This document shows, in pieces, positions 48,746 to 61,342 of a stretch of DNA of 64,000 bases; the first letter of the stretch is position 1, and each line of letters starts with the position of its first letter. Below the pieces are notes generated by a model that saw only the letters and a program-made list of their open reading frames with translations, was not told where the DNA came from and did no database searches. Location: the NCBI GenBank assembly GCA_937625935.1, contig OW569395.1, forward strand, positions 243,065 to 307,064, written 5' to 3'. The DNA comes from Tetramitus jugosus. Its lineage: Eukaryota > Protista > Heterolobosea. The position numbers and the translations under genes were made by a program.

Positions 48746-49607
48746 ACAAAAAAGGCGGGAATGTGATCTCTTACAAAAAACTGACCTTACAACAAAAAAA
48801 CCAATTTCCGAGATAGAAAACTTGGGATCTCTCTTCAAGTTCCAACACAAGCTCTATCTCTTCTGCTGGCGGACAATTTTGATTTGAATGTACCACTTCG
48901 CATATTGGTGTGACTCAGCAGAAGAAAAGAACGAAAGATGTGCCTTGGATGCTTTCTCTGACAACAGATTCCAATTGCTTGATGAGATGCAAAGCTAGTC
49001 CTTCAGTATGCCTCGACAGATGGTCCTTGGGTCGTGCTCTCTCTGACTCCCAAGTATATGATTTCGCCTTAGAAATTGCAAGGCTGATATGCTTTGCCAT
49101 AGTTGTTTCCCAATCTACTTTATATCGAAACTCACCGTTTTGCACTCAAGCTCCAAATGCTCCAAATGCTCCGTACAGTGAGTCGAGCAAAGGTAGGCAC
49201 TTTTCTCACACTCGCAAATTCAGAATGCCAATTTGTGGACGACCATACTTTATGTTCGGGAAGTACCAGCAATTGCGATTCTTTGGTCCTTTCTGTTGAT
49301 GATCCCACGGTCACGACATGATTAAAATGAAACAGACCTGTTTCTTCAGTTTGAAGGTTAGTTCCCTTCCACCAACCACTGAAAATGTTTTGAGAGATTT
49401 GTTCCCAAGACTTGTGTGCTTTCATTTGCAGCACCTTGCTGGAATGGGTGTTGGAATGGGTGTTGGTTTAGGTTGGAGTTTGGATTTGTCCTGGGCTAGA
49501 AGATGGGCAAGGAGTGATTTTTTCATGTTGAGTTTGGAAACGATGTGTTCAACATCGGTGTTAACTTTATCTGAAAAATAGATTGAATTGTACAAAATTG
49601 TTATGCG

Positions 49608-52028
49608 TTATGCTAGACCAATCTTCCACCAGACATGAACACAAATCAAGTAAATGTTTGCAATTGAGATTGTAACTAACAATGTAGGCATACCTGCCTT
49701 CAAAAATTGGAAGAAAGAAATGGGAGTATGTTCCTGTTCTGCAATACCGGCAGCAATCAAGTTGGCACTGGCACCAATTAAAGTACCGTTTCCACCGAGT
49801 GTAACACCAAGAGCAACTGACCAAACGAGAGGTGCGATAGGCATGTTGGCTCCATCAGCAAGTTGCAAAACAACAGGAATAAATGCACTGACACATGCAA
49901 CATTATCAATCAATGCAGAAACGAATGCACTAGCCCACATGATGATAGTGATAGCAACAACCAATCGATATCTTTCGTCAATTTGCAAAATGATGTTACT
50001 TGTGCTACTGCCAACAAAGTCAATGAGACCAAGCTCTTCAACACCGCTCATCAACATGAACAAACTACCAAAGAACAATAGTGTAACCCATTCAACCTTT
50101 TCCACAATTTCTGCAAACTGATTTCCATTCAAGTTGGCCAACAAGAGCATGCTTGTTGCACCAATGACTGCAATCCAAGGCAAACTCAAATCGAGGAAAG
50201 ATCTAAAGAATGGTGCGCAAAAGAACATGAGAACAACCAGAACAAGCACCGCACTGCAAATGAAGAATAATCGCTTGTCATGAATAGGATATTGCTTTTC
50301 CAAGTCATCAATATCTACAGTGTGAACAAAAGTTTCGTCTCGTTTCTTGATCATTTCCAATTCACTGTTCAATTCATCGACGTGCTTCATCAACATTTGT
50401 CTCACTTGTTTCTCCTCTACTGTACAATCACCAATCTGTCTTAAGCTGTTCATCCAAATTTCAATTTCTTTCTCTTTGGCCAACAATTCATCATTCAAGA
50501 TTGGTTTTTGTGTAAAGATATTCCTAAAAAGCACAAACCGAATGAGTAACATGGTGGCAATAATATTCATAATGGTAGAGGGAATGATATAAAGTGATAA
50601 CTTGAAGAATGTGATTCCACGTTGACGAATATCTGGATTATTGACGATCAATACCAAGTCACCAACAGCAGTACTTCCACCTCCAATGTTACTCATCATA
50701 ACAATTGAAATCATGAGAGGAATTGGAGAAATATTAATCACTTTGCACAAACGAATCGAAACTGGTATCAAAAGCAATATAGTGGTGACATTATCGAGCA
50801 CAGCACTCACAATAGCCGTAAATATACAAAGAATAAGTGTCAATAACCAAATTTTGCCTCGAGATATCTTATACGCCTTAATGGCCATAAATTCAAAGAA
50901 ACCAGTTTTGCTGTAAACGCCAACCATGATCATCATACCAAACAACAGCCCAACAGTTTCAAATTTGATCCAATGTGCCACTTCTTCGAAACTGGGTCTC
51001 CGTTTCAGTATGGTCAATGTCGAAAGAGTAACCATGGCTCCCAACATGGCTGCAATAGTACGATGAACTAAATCAAAAATGATCAGGATGTAGACAGACA
51101 CTAGAATCAATGCAGCAAACAATACTCGATAATCAACGAGCTTGGAACTACGGAAAATGTCCATGGAAAATGGAACGGGAAACAATGAATCAGTTTCGAT
51201 TGCAATTCTCAATGGAGCTTGACTCAATGGCCTCTTTTGCATTTTTGTTGCATCTCCATCGACAGTTTGCCAATAATATTGACCTACGGTACGGAATTCG
51301 AACCATTTTGCACCATTACCTTCCTTGTAATCCTCTGGACGAGTCAATGGAGGTGTCTCTTTGGTGATATCAGGCAATTCAAATTTAAAAGTTTGATTTT
51401 CAACTGGAAGCCATCTATTTTCGACATTGTACTCAAATTTGAAATGAATACTATGATTTCTTTGTGGAAATGGTTTTGACACCATCATGAAATCATCATC
51501 ATCATTATTACTACTAGTAGTCATAAATACATGATCATCATCTTTCATTGTTTTCATGCTATTGTTACTGTAATAGAGATAATAGGATGGAGAGAGAGCA
51601 AACCATGTACGAATCACATCTTTCGATTCACTTCCGCGATTCAAATCGATAAACAAAGGTCTTCTTGAAACAATGGCATAGCTCTCCACATACTTATCCT
51701 CCTGTTCCTTATGCACCACGAACAAAATGACAAAACCAATATAGACACTCATCAATAAAATAGTTGACAAATGTTTGGATATCCATTTGAGAGTTTTGCT
51801 CAAGAATTGAAGACGAGAGATCATTTTGTTTTTTTTTCTTATTGGACGATCATCAGCATCATCATCATCAGCATCAAAAGGATCCTGTGGTTGTTCATGG
51901 TTCAGACCATCAGCATCGTCAACGTCCTTTTGATTATTGACATCTTGAGAATAGTGAATAAGGGGAGATGAAAGAAGTTGAAAGGATTCTTCTTCATGAG
52001 AGCTTGGTGGTGGCTTTTCAATGTTCAT
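49608..52028 (-). CDS. OCA2/P-protein-like anion permease (ArsB/NhaD superfamily)
   Basis: DLVHRTIAAMLG, ETVGLLFGMMIMVG..TGFFE, SAVLDNVTTILL, SNIGG, VEWVTLLFFGSLF, SALIDNV, LGGNGTLIGASANLI. Confidence 0.9.
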   Translation of the reverse strand: MNIEKPPPSSHEEESFQLLSSPLIHYSQDVNNQKDVDDADGLNHEQPQDPFDADDDDADDRPIRKKNKMISRLQFLSKTLKWISKHLSTILLMSVYIGFVILFVVHKEQEDKYVESYAIVSRRPLFIDLNRGSESKDVIRTWFALSPSYYLYYSNNSMKTMKDDDHVFMTTSSNNDDDDFMMVSKPFPQRNHSIHFKFEYNVENRWLPVENQTFKFELPDITKETPPLTRPEDYKEGNGAKWFEFRTVGQYYWQTVDGDATKMQKRPLSQAPLRIAIETDSLFPVPFSMDIFRSSKLVDYRVLFAALILVSVYILIIFDLVHRTIAAMLGAMVTLSTLTILKRRPSFEEVAHWIKFETVGLLFGMMIMVGVYSKTGFFEFMAIKAYKISRGKIWLLTLILCIFTAIVSAVLDNVTTILLLIPVSIRLCKVINISPIPLMISIVMMSNIGGGSTAVGDLVLIVNNPDIRQRGITFFKLSLYIIPSTIMNIIATMLLIRFVLFRNIFTQKPILNDELLAKEKEIEIWMNSLRQIGDCTVEEKQVRQMLMKHVDELNSELEMIKKRDETFVHTVDIDDLEKQYPIHDKRLFFICSAVLVLVVLMFFCAPFFRSFLDLSLPWIAVIGATSMLLLANLNGNQFAEIVEKVEWVTLLFFGSLFMLMSGVEELGLIDFVGSSTSNIILQIDERYRLVVAITIIMWASAFVSALIDNVACVSAFIPVVLQLADGANMPIAPLVWSVALGVTLGGNGTLIGASANLIAAGIAEQEHTPISFFQFLKAGMPTLLVTISIANIYLICVHVWWKIGLA

Positions 52029-52286
52029 GGCTGATTATTGTGCGGTTGTGTTGGAAAAGAAAGAACGGAGAATAGAGCATTACTCCGATTTTCCAAAAGG
52101 AACCTATCCGAATTTCCGACCCGACCCATCCGACTATCCGAATAGTTGCGCGAAACGTCTCGGAATAGGACGTCCTGGAAATCTTGGGAAACCCGGTTTG
52201 ACTAAGAATAACACAAGTTATGCACCTGAAATTCGTGTTATTCAGACCACACATTATTCAAAAACAATATCATAACACACAAGAAA

Positions 52287-55200
52287 ATGACTAACACAAT
52301 TAATAATACGGAAGTGATTGTAATGGATACTCCTGCATTGACAGTAGCTCATCCACCAAATCAAATTGTAGATAGAGTTGACAGTTTTGAACTGTCAATG
52401 AATCAGAAAGACGAGGAAGATGGAAATGATGAACAAGAACAAATATCAGAGGTTGAGAATGAAGAAGAAAATGGTGATGATGACCAAGAAATCAAATGGC
52501 ACTTTCTCAACTATGACAAAGTCATGAAAAAGTTGGGATTGACTGAACAACTGCCATCAGAATATCTCAAGACGGGACTCTCAAATAAGGAAGCTGAAAA
52601 GAGATTACAAAAGTATGGACCAAATATATTGGCATCTGGTGGTAGCAGAATTCCACTATGGATTCGGTTGCTGTTCAGACACTCGGTAACACTAATGAAT
52701 CTAGTTTTGGTGACTGCTGCTATTCTGTGTGGCGTTGTCAAAGATTGGGTTGATCTGGGCGTGATTCTCTTTGTTGTCGCCGCCAACATTGCCATTGGAT
52801 TCTTTCAAGAGTATCGAAGCGAGAATACGATGGCCAAATTGAAAAATTTAACAGCTCCACAGTGCAAAGTGTTACGTGAAGGTCAAGTACAACAAATTTT
52901 GTCCAGTAATGTAGTACCGGGTGATATTGTTGTATTGAAGGAGGGTGATTCTGTGCCTGCTGACTTACGGATTAATGAGTCAATCAACTTGGCGTGTAAT
53001 GAAGCTCTGTTAACAGGTGAAAGTGTACCTGTATCAAAAGTGAGTGATACATTGTCTCGTGGTGATACCAATGAGAATGGAGGTACTGAGATGAGAGCAG
53101 TTTCATTGGATATCCAAAGATCACCAACTGCAGCTGATGAGAGAGTCTCCAGTGATTCTTTTGAGAGTAGTCGTACCTCTCTCGATATTCGGCCTTCACT
53201 TGAAATGAAACGACTAGTCAACATAGGGGGAATGAAGAAAAAGCAAAAGACTGTTGCATTGGGTGATCGAACCAATTGCGCATTCATGAGCACTACAGTA
53301 GCCCAAGGCAAAGGTTGTGGTATTGTAGTGGGCACAGGTATGAATACAGAGATTGGAGCTATTGCTAAATCTTTAAGCAATACCAAGGAGCGTAGCACTC
53401 CATTGCAACGTAGATTAAGCTATATGGCAATGGCTATTGTTGTTCTGGCTATACTTGCAATTGTGATTGTTATTATTTGTGTATGGCAATATCAAGGAAA
53501 GGATCAAATTTTCCCTACTGCCCTCATCAATGGTATCTCAATTGCTGTAGCCATTATTCCTGAGTGTCTTGTTGCTGTTGTTACTTTAACAATGACTGCT
53601 GGTGTACGGAAAATGGTGAGACAAAATGCTATTGTTCGCAAAATTGCCAGTTTGGAAAATTTGGGCAATGTAACAGATATTTGCAGTGACAAGACTGGTA
53701 CGCTCACTGAAGGTAAGATGGTGGTCACTAATTTCTGGGTTGCCAATCGTGAGTATAGCGTGACATCTAATCCATCTGATCCAACTGATGGAAATATCAT
53801 GATGGGTGAGGGTGAATCTAAGCAAGTCGTTGAACAATTAACTGAACCAATGCGTTTATTAACAACTGTGGCATCCTTGTGCAATTCATCAACTTTGTTT
53901 TTGAAAAACTCACTGGAGAATAGAGAGGCAAATTCAGATGGTGGCCCTGAAGTTGCTGTTGATGATGAAGAAACAAAAATCAATATGGAACCAGAGTGGG
54001 TTTCTACAGGTGATGCAACTGAAATTGCACTCAATGCCTTATCTCAGAAAGTGAACATGAAGAAGCATGATTTGGAGGAGAGTACATATACACAAAAGTT
54101 GGCAGATTTTCCATTTGACTCCACAATCAAGCGCATGACTGTCATCTATGCTAAGAATACACAAGAGAAGAATAATGTTCTTGTATTGACTAAGGGTGCT
54201 CCAGAACGTGTTTTAGAGCTTTGTACCAATTATATTGTTAATGATGAATTAGAAACAGCAGACCTAGATGAGACATGTATTGAAACGATCAAGAGACAGA
54301 ATGAAGTGATGGCAGATCGTGGACTCAGAGTACTATGTTTGGCGTACCGTAGTATGCCTTTTGATGAATATGATGCATCTGAGGATCAGTACAAGGGCCG
54401 ACAAAACGTAGAAGTTGACTTAACGTTTTTAGGACTGGTGGGAATCATGGATCCTCCGAGGAGCGAAGTTCCCGATGCTGTTGAAAGGTGTCATAGAGCA
54501 GGTATTGTTGTAAGAATGCTTACTGGAGATCATCCATCCACAGCAAAGGCAATCGCTAGACAAATTGGATTGATTAGAGATTCAGATTTGACCAGAGAGG
54601 GAGTGGTGATGGTTGCAACTGACTTTGACAGTTTAACTGATGAAGAATTGGCAGATATGGAAGAGTTACCTCTCGTGATTGCAAGATGTAGTCCACAGAG
54701 TAAAGTTAAAATGGTGAAGGCACTACAAGATCGTAATAGGTTATGTTCAATGTCTGGTGACGGTATCAATGATGCTAGTTCAATCACTGATGCAGACGTT
54801 GGTATTGCCATGGGTCGCAATGGAAGTGATGTGACAAAGGAAGCAGCTGATATTATCCTTGCTGATGACAACTTTGCGACTATTGTGACTGCTATTCACC
54901 AAGGACGAAGAATTTTTAACAATATTAGAAAATTTGTTGTCCATTTATTGTCAGGTAACGTTGCACAGTTATTTGCATTATTAATTCCAGTGATTGCAGG
55001 TGATCAAATTCCATTGAATGCAACACAGATTTTGTGGGTCAACTTAATCACGAGCAGTCCACCGGCAATTGCTCTTGGTATGGAACGAGGTGGCAAAGGA
55101 TTAATGAACAAAAAGAAGTTTCCTCTTGGTCAATCTCTGTTTAGCTTAGAATCCATTTGCGATATTATTTTCTATGGATCTCTCATGGCCTTGGTCATGC

Positions 55201-55613
55201 TACTCAACTATTATTGCATGACGAGATTGTGGTTGAACAGATCTATCGAGTCGGCTCGTGCCGTTGTCTTTTCAACAATGACACTTTTGTTGCTTTTGCA
55301 CGCATACAATTGCCGACACAGACGTAAGTCTTTCTATATGGATCAAGCTTGGAGAAGTTATGGACTGCACATATCACTTATCATTGGTATTATTTTACAG
55401 GTGAGTGTTCTGTATATCCCAAAGGTTAACACTGTACTGTTCCATATGAATCCATTGAAGGGTGATGAATGGGGATTTGTTTTGGTGGGTATTGTTGTTT
55501 TTATGACTGGGGCAGAGTTGTACAAATTGATGAAAAGAACATTGACATTGTCTTTGAACTCAACGAAAAAATTATTGAGGAGGAATCGGGATCAAGATGG
55601 TGAAATGGCCTAA
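52287..55613 (+). CDS. P-type ATPase, type IID (ENA-like Na+/K+ efflux)
   Basis: EALLTGES, AIIPECLVAVVTLTM, ICSDKTGTLTEGKM, KGAPE, MLTGDHP, ARCSPQSKVKMV, GDGIND, HLLSGNVAQ, WVNLITSSPPAIALG. Confidence 0.93.
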   Translation: MTNTINNTEVIVMDTPALTVAHPPNQIVDRVDSFELSMNQKDEEDGNDEQEQISEVENEEENGDDDQEIKWHFLNYDKVMKKLGLTEQLPSEYLKTGLSNKEAEKRLQKYGPNILASGGSRIPLWIRLLFRHSVTLMNLVLVTAAILCGVVKDWVDLGVILFVVAANIAIGFFQEYRSENTMAKLKNLTAPQCKVLREGQVQQILSSNVVPGDIVVLKEGDSVPADLRINESINLACNEALLTGESVPVSKVSDTLSRGDTNENGGTEMRAVSLDIQRSPTAADERVSSDSFESSRTSLDIRPSLEMKRLVNIGGMKKKQKTVALGDRTNCAFMSTTVAQGKGCGIVVGTGMNTEIGAIAKSLSNTKERSTPLQRRLSYMAMAIVVLAILAIVIVIICVWQYQGKDQIFPTALINGISIAVAIIPECLVAVVTLTMTAGVRKMVRQNAIVRKIASLENLGNVTDICSDKTGTLTEGKMVVTNFWVANREYSVTSNPSDPTDGNIMMGEGESKQVVEQLTEPMRLLTTVASLCNSSTLFLKNSLENREANSDGGPEVAVDDEETKINMEPEWVSTGDATEIALNALSQKVNMKKHDLEESTYTQKLADFPFDSTIKRMTVIYAKNTQEKNNVLVLTKGAPERVLELCTNYIVNDELETADLDETCIETIKRQNEVMADRGLRVLCLAYRSMPFDEYDASEDQYKGRQNVEVDLTFLGLVGIMDPPRSEVPDAVERCHRAGIVVRMLTGDHPSTAKAIARQIGLIRDSDLTREGVVMVATDFDSLTDEELADMEELPLVIARCSPQSKVKMVKALQDRNRLCSMSGDGINDASSITDADVGIAMGRNGSDVTKEAADIILADDNFATIVTAIHQGRRIFNNIRKFVVHLLSGNVAQLFALLIPVIAGDQIPLNATQILWVNLITSSPPAIALGMERGGKGLMNKKKFPLGQSLFSLESICDIIFYGSLMALVMLLNYYCMTRLWLNRSIESARAVVFSTMTLLLLLHAYNCRHRRKSFYMDQAWRSYGLHISLIIGIILQVSVLYIPKVNTVLFHMNPLKGDEWGFVLVGIVVFMTGAELYKLMKRTLTLSLNSTKKLLRRNRDQDGEMA

Positions 55614-56731
55614 GGACTTAAGATTTATCAACGAACGTAGTTCGAAGCGAATGGTGCGAACCTCCCTCATGTGCTTTGGAAAGGGTGCGGTGACAATGAT
55701 CGTGGCTGAAAGAAACTTTCCACTGGCCACCTTTGTCAGGTCAAATCGCCTGCAAACTCTTTGTGAAATAAAAACTTTTCTGATTGAGATTTCATGTGCC
55801 ATTCATACAGATATGGGTTTTTATCAACGACCTTTCCCACAATGTCCAACTGTGTGAACATATTCATCAATAACCAAGAGTTCATTCAAGATCAAGATCT
55901 TCAGTGCTTGAGCGAAGTTTGGAAAGAAGCGATCTTCATCATGCGATAACGGAAGATATTGGTCCCAATTAATTTGGATTCCTCAAAATTCCTAGATTAT
56001 AGTTCTTCATAAATATGTTCTCTTGTCAAACGTCATGTCTTCCGGTTGACCGCCCATGGATAGGGTTCGAACACCGAGATGAACCTTCAAAAGAAAGGAC
56101 CTTGTTTGCAGTCGACCCCAATCTTCAACAAGATGATTATGTGGAACAAATTCAATATCAAGTGCTTGTTGTTTCGAATCGAACCAGAGTGGAAAGAACG
56201 AGAATATCATTATAATTTTGATACGGATTATTACGAATACTCGTAACTCCAAGGTTGTGTGTCAGAAACTTTTGAGCGCAAAGAGGTCTGATGGAAAGTT
56301 CGACAAGTTCGATATTATGCTCGAGATCAAGGACAAAGAGCTAGCTGCTCTGAAATGTATCGCTTCATTCGACAAGTACAAATCGAGGAATACCAGTATT
56401 GAAGCTGGAGAAGAAGTATCTGAAGAAGAATTTGAATCTGAATCTGATCCGGAAGGGATGAAGTCTGACGAAACGATGGTACTCAAGACAGCTCCACTTG
56501 CTAAGAAGAGAAAGAGAAACGATAATGATGTTTATGGAAAAGTGGAACAATTTTCTGAGAATAAAAAGATCAAAAGAAACGGTGGAGTTACTGACTTGGC
56601 CAAAATGCAAACACCAGTTGTTGTCATAAGCAACAAGCTCTAAAATGGAGAACTCCCTGTTGATACCAGTGAACGTCCAGAACCCACCTCCAGAATGAAT
56701 TAGCCTAAGGCGGGAATGCTCAGAAAACTAA

Positions 56732-58375
56732 TCACAGAATGTTATCAACTGGCTTCACTAATATTGATTCATACATGTGGAAGAAATAGTGGTATCGTAG
56801 TAGTTGGAGTCGAATCATCCCATCAAACGATGTCAGATCGCTCCATATCCTTAACTCTTTGATTAGCACCAAGTAAGAACGCAGAGTCAACACGTTTCCA
56901 CATGATGTGATCAGAATCGGGTTTGAATTTCGTTCATCAACGGGAAAGGGCAATCTGCAACTTCCATAGCAATACCCGGATAGCGTTCTCCATTTCTGGG
57001 ATATAAATTACCTGGAATCAGGTTCACTGGTGTATCATAGCCAAACATTTGACCGGTCAAAATTCTTGGAATCAAGGAGTGATCTGACATGTTACACCAG
57101 TAACAGCAACAGTGACCTGTTTGATTCAAGAATCACACCTGGTGACTGTATCTTCCTTTTATTTTTATATCTTTGAGGAGATGTTGGACTGCCCAAGAGT
57201 ATCTGGAGTATTGCCAGTGATCTGGTTAGAGTTATATTGTTTAAATGTAGTAGAAGTGTGCTGTGACAATGGCAAGAAGATGGATAGGTTACGAGGTGGC
57301 ACAGAATAGTTCACATAGTTTATTGGTAGAACAAGTGACTGATTTGGTGATAGCCACCAGGTACTGGTCCATAAACCTTGTAAGAAGCTTCAGAACCTTC
57401 CTGTGGGATCTTATAAACAATAGAGTCCACTTTCATTTCTGAAGTAGTTGTATCAGACCAGGTAATCACAAATGTATCCTCAGTTTCGTTCAGAATTGAG
57501 TCCATTGATAGAGGTCTTCTCACATTCATGAAAATAATATTATTAATATACGTAGGCAATTAGATCCAGACTTCCTCTATCGCTGACTTTCCAACGAGCA
57601 ACTCCAATATAGTTAGCAACATATATATCCAGAACTACTGCAATGACTTCACTAGATCCTCTGAGATGCACCTTGTAGATGGAATTGCTAAATCGACCAA
57701 GAAATGTCGATACAGATGATCCAGTGTATGGATCCAATAGAAACAATGATGAATCAGCAATGAATGCAAGTGTGGCTCCATTCCATGCTGAATTGGCTCG
57801 AACTGCACCAAAACTGGTCAAATTAAACAAAATCTTGATTGGCTCAAGTGTTCCTGGATTCACAGATTGGAGTAAATAATTCTGTGTGGTTTGACTTGGT
57901 CGCGTAATCTCCAACAGTGAGCCAGATTTGTCATCATAGTGGAGATCATTGATGAAAGTGGTAGTATTTGCAACATACAAAAGTTCCTTGTTAACCAGAT
58001 CCAGAGCAGTCATAGAAATACACTTCTCACAATAAGTGGCAGTGTATGCAATACGGTTTGTTCTATCAACTGTGAAAGATACCCAAGCTCTTGAACCGCC
58101 ACACTTTGGTTCGTCTTTCCAAAATGTATAATTTTTGCATATCTCCATCGTAGTGATATCGAGTTCTGCAACGCTGTCACTTTGCATAAGTGATAATTTC
58201 TTTGAGAAGACCACGCCAAGGATAAACACACAATACAATTGCGAAAAGTGCTGCTCTCATTTTGTTTGGTTCTGAGGACGTTGTCTGACAAAAATTGGAG
58301 GGGAATCTCCTGAATAAGTGGAAGAGTCTGTTGGGTTTTTACATGGAACATCAATGAACGAACTTTCCTTAACAA
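56732..58375 (-). pseudogene. Frameshifted remnant of a beta-rich (propeller-like) extracellular protein
   Basis: Successive overlapping minus-strand ORFs (57543-58238, 57320-57559, 56911-57129, 56732-56953) with protein-like composition, separated by frame changes. Confidence 0.35.
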
Positions 58376-58608
58376 ACTAGCTTTTGTAGATAGAATTATT
58401 CTCGGACTGACTTATTGATGGAACAAGAGAAATAGGTAATCAGGAAGAAACTACTGTCAATTTACAGGTTCTGCCCAATTGCGTAAATGTATGTGATTGA
58501 TTGACTTGTCATTCATTTTGGAGATGGACAACGCTCAAATTCATTTGATATCATGTGTTGGTTCTCCATCTTAGCTCCCGAAGAAAAAAAGCAAAAAGAA
58601 CAACAGAT

Positions 58609-59646
58609 ATGTCAGGGATCAGTTGGGACGAATTGAGCCAGATTTTGTTCTTTCTTCCCGTGACTTCCATTTGTCGATACTCTCAAACGAATCGCTTGGC
58701 CTACGATTTCATCAGACACAATCGAACTCTATGGTCAGAACTTTTGAAAAGAGATTTCGCATTCATTGTTCGTTTGGAACAAGACCCATCATTGTATAGG
58801 ACGAGAGAGTTACAACCATTGCTCATCACACCTAGCACTATGGATCAAAATTGTTGTGATGAAATGAGAGATTTCATGTGTCAATATGTTCGATTTTTTC
58901 ACTTTCCGTTCAATCGAGCAGGATTCAGGCTCTTGTGCGACGATTATGTCGTTTCAAAAGTTTTGTTCACTGTGCCGGATAGTTCGTTGAATAAGTCAGT
59001 GATTAATGCCATAATGACCAGAGAACTTGTGATACCAACGTTTGATGAGTCATCGGATTCGAGCATTGATTTCTTGTGTTTGTGGATGACGTCGAACCAA
59101 CCAACAATTACTCCAAACACCATGGTGTTTCTATTCTGGATGTTTGGGAATGGATGGGAGCGATTTAGAACCGATCCAAAGAGGTACTACAATGAGAGTC
59201 AATGCTTAGTGATTACAATAGATACGAGAGATGCATGGCATGAGGACACTTATTCCACGCTTCCGCATGTTGCGGTTTCGTTGGGTGATAATTCTTTGTC
59301 AAGAGCTTTAGGTTCACTAAGGGAAGTGAAAGTCGTGATAAATCTGGAGCCCCCAAAGGCCTGTAAAGGTGTATTGATTGTTGGTGTTGGCGATTGGTCA
59401 AAAGATGCACCCGTTTCAAAGCAGAGATTTCTCAAGGATTGTGCTCAATTGTTCGATCGTTTACCTTTGGAGTACTTTGAGTTGAATTATGATAATGTAG
59501 CGACCATGTCTGATGTCTTATTGAAACGCTTTTACACGTTTTATCAGCAGTCAGCTCTGGAAGACGACTCACCACCACTGGAGGTTCAACCACCTGAGCA
59601 ACAGAGCATATGCGTACCTCCAAAATCCAGATGTATCTTGAGTTGA
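58609..59646 (+). CDS. F-box + degenerate Ras/Rab-like domain + CaaX (CILS)
   Basis: ISWDELSQILFFLP..LWSELLKRDF (F-box). LFWMFGNGWERFRTDPKRYYNESQCLVITID parallels the small-GTPase IWDTAGQERFR...YYRGA...VYD. Also VLIVG and LEYFE; ends KSRCILS*. Confidence 0.7.
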   Translation: MSGISWDELSQILFFLPVTSICRYSQTNRLAYDFIRHNRTLWSELLKRDFAFIVRLEQDPSLYRTRELQPLLITPSTMDQNCCDEMRDFMCQYVRFFHFPFNRAGFRLLCDDYVVSKVLFTVPDSSLNKSVINAIMTRELVIPTFDESSDSSIDFLCLWMTSNQPTITPNTMVFLFWMFGNGWERFRTDPKRYYNESQCLVITIDTRDAWHEDTYSTLPHVAVSLGDNSLSRALGSLREVKVVINLEPPKACKGVLIVGVGDWSKDAPVSKQRFLKDCAQLFDRLPLEYFELNYDNVATMSDVLLKRFYTFYQQSALEDDSPPLEVQPPEQQSICVPPKSRCILS

Positions 59647-61342
59647 GATGAATGTATACATTGACGAATTGCAACTACAGAGTTAGAACCCAAAGAGACA
59701 TTTGATAGGCAATGGAGAAATCACTCAGGAAATAAAATATTAATCCACACCAATAGTTACTGGGTGGGTCCATTCTTTGTGGTCACACAAAAACGACCTT
59801 AAACACTTGATGAAGTATGCGTTCAAAGTGAATCAGATACTGAAAGAGTACCATTATCCATTTTTTATTGTTGTGCTCGGCACCAAAAGAAAGTTTGCAA
59901 ACCTCAACCATTTTACTAATGAAAATTGGTCTCGGGTTTGTGTGGGTTTGGGTTATTAGGTAAGACCAATACATTGGGCACCTATCTAATGAAATCAATG
60001 ATCTCTCACACCTCTCATAGAATGATTCTCTCAGAAGAAATTAATCTCTACTGTAATCAAGGATGCCTAGCAGCGCGTTGAGTGACCCCAAGCCAATATT
60101 GAACCAGTTTTTGTGGGAGCCATTCGTCTTCTCTAGAGCCTCTTGGTTGTTTGTATGTGCGGAAAAGCAGAAGGGAAACCTTATGCACAGTAAACCTGAG
60201 ATGCAGTAACTTTACTGCCGGGAAAGCAGTAAAAATAGTTGCAGATACATATCTGCAATCAACAGACACGAAAGCTATTAACAAAATTAAGATCAATGCT
60301 AATAAAATGAATGAGCAAGAGCTTCTCTCTTTTATTTCCAACTTGGCTTCGTTACTCTTCAGTTTGATGATAAGAAAATTAGAGTAAAACATTTCGATAA
60401 TTAGGAACACCTCAACCACAAAACACAACAGGGTTAGCATATTACAACATATGCGTAAGTCAAAGATATTTAGATTTGATTGGGTTTAGTTTAGGTTTGG
60501 TGGTTTTCGGTTTTGTTTTTATACTGTTTCCTCAACTTGTTAAGGGTGAACCAGTAAGTATTGTATTTATCATGGTTAGAAGTCCTGAACAGGAGATGTT
60601 TCGCCGAATATTTATGTTAGAGCAGTAAAATAGTGTACTTTCACATGCTTTTCTGTGGCGCTTAAAAATAACCATCATCTCTGGGCATATTCACTGCAAC
60701 GATCAATTCACAAATACACCACGATAACCTAAATAATGAACCAACTGAAGGTTGATCAAGATATGAAGACTCGCGAAGAGATGTTGAAGTGAAATTAAAT
60801 CATATCCTTATCAGATCAACTGGTTCAAATGATAGAATTGATACAACTATCATCAGCACCTGGAACTAAGATGAACCATTGATTCTAGTCAACAATTATC
60901 ACAGACAACTAGCCAGCAATCCACAACTCAAGCAATTACGACGCAGCGAATACTTCGAGTCAAACGAGAGGAACCAAGCCAATATTCTATCATTGCGAGA
61001 CAGTAATGTGTGACACTGAAGACTATCGTATCATAATTTTAAAGAACTGGAAGTCCACAACAAATCAGTTATTCTTATCCTCAAGGGAGTATAAATCATC
61101 ATTTGCTCAACCCTTCACTTTAGCAGATCTGAGAACATTTATTGTAAATATATTTCGCATAACCATAATATAAAGAATTGCTGGAAGAAACTTGATATTG
61201 GCATATGTATGTGGACATGGAGATTCTTTCATGAAGATTGAGGAGAAGATATGAACATGCTTAAATCCAAGAATCTGAACTCACCGGGGACTCACCGGAA
61301 GATGAGAGCCTTCTTGAACAGGGTGCCACCAAAAAACAAAAG

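Noticed and set aside
48900-49570. Cys/His-containing broken minus-strand frames and short 9-12 bp repeats
   Set aside because: Suggestive of element debris but no identifiable domain.
52084-52170. Clustered TCCGA/CCGAC motifs in the OCA2/ENA divergent promoter
   Set aside because: Irregular spacing and too short to call; not a CRISPR-like array.
55620-56643. ORF 56218-56643 and upstream fragments
   Set aside because: No ATG-led coherent gene or recognisable domain; probable pseudogene debris.
59700-61340. Short subtelomeric ORF fragments
   Set aside because: Multiple stops and no assignable family.
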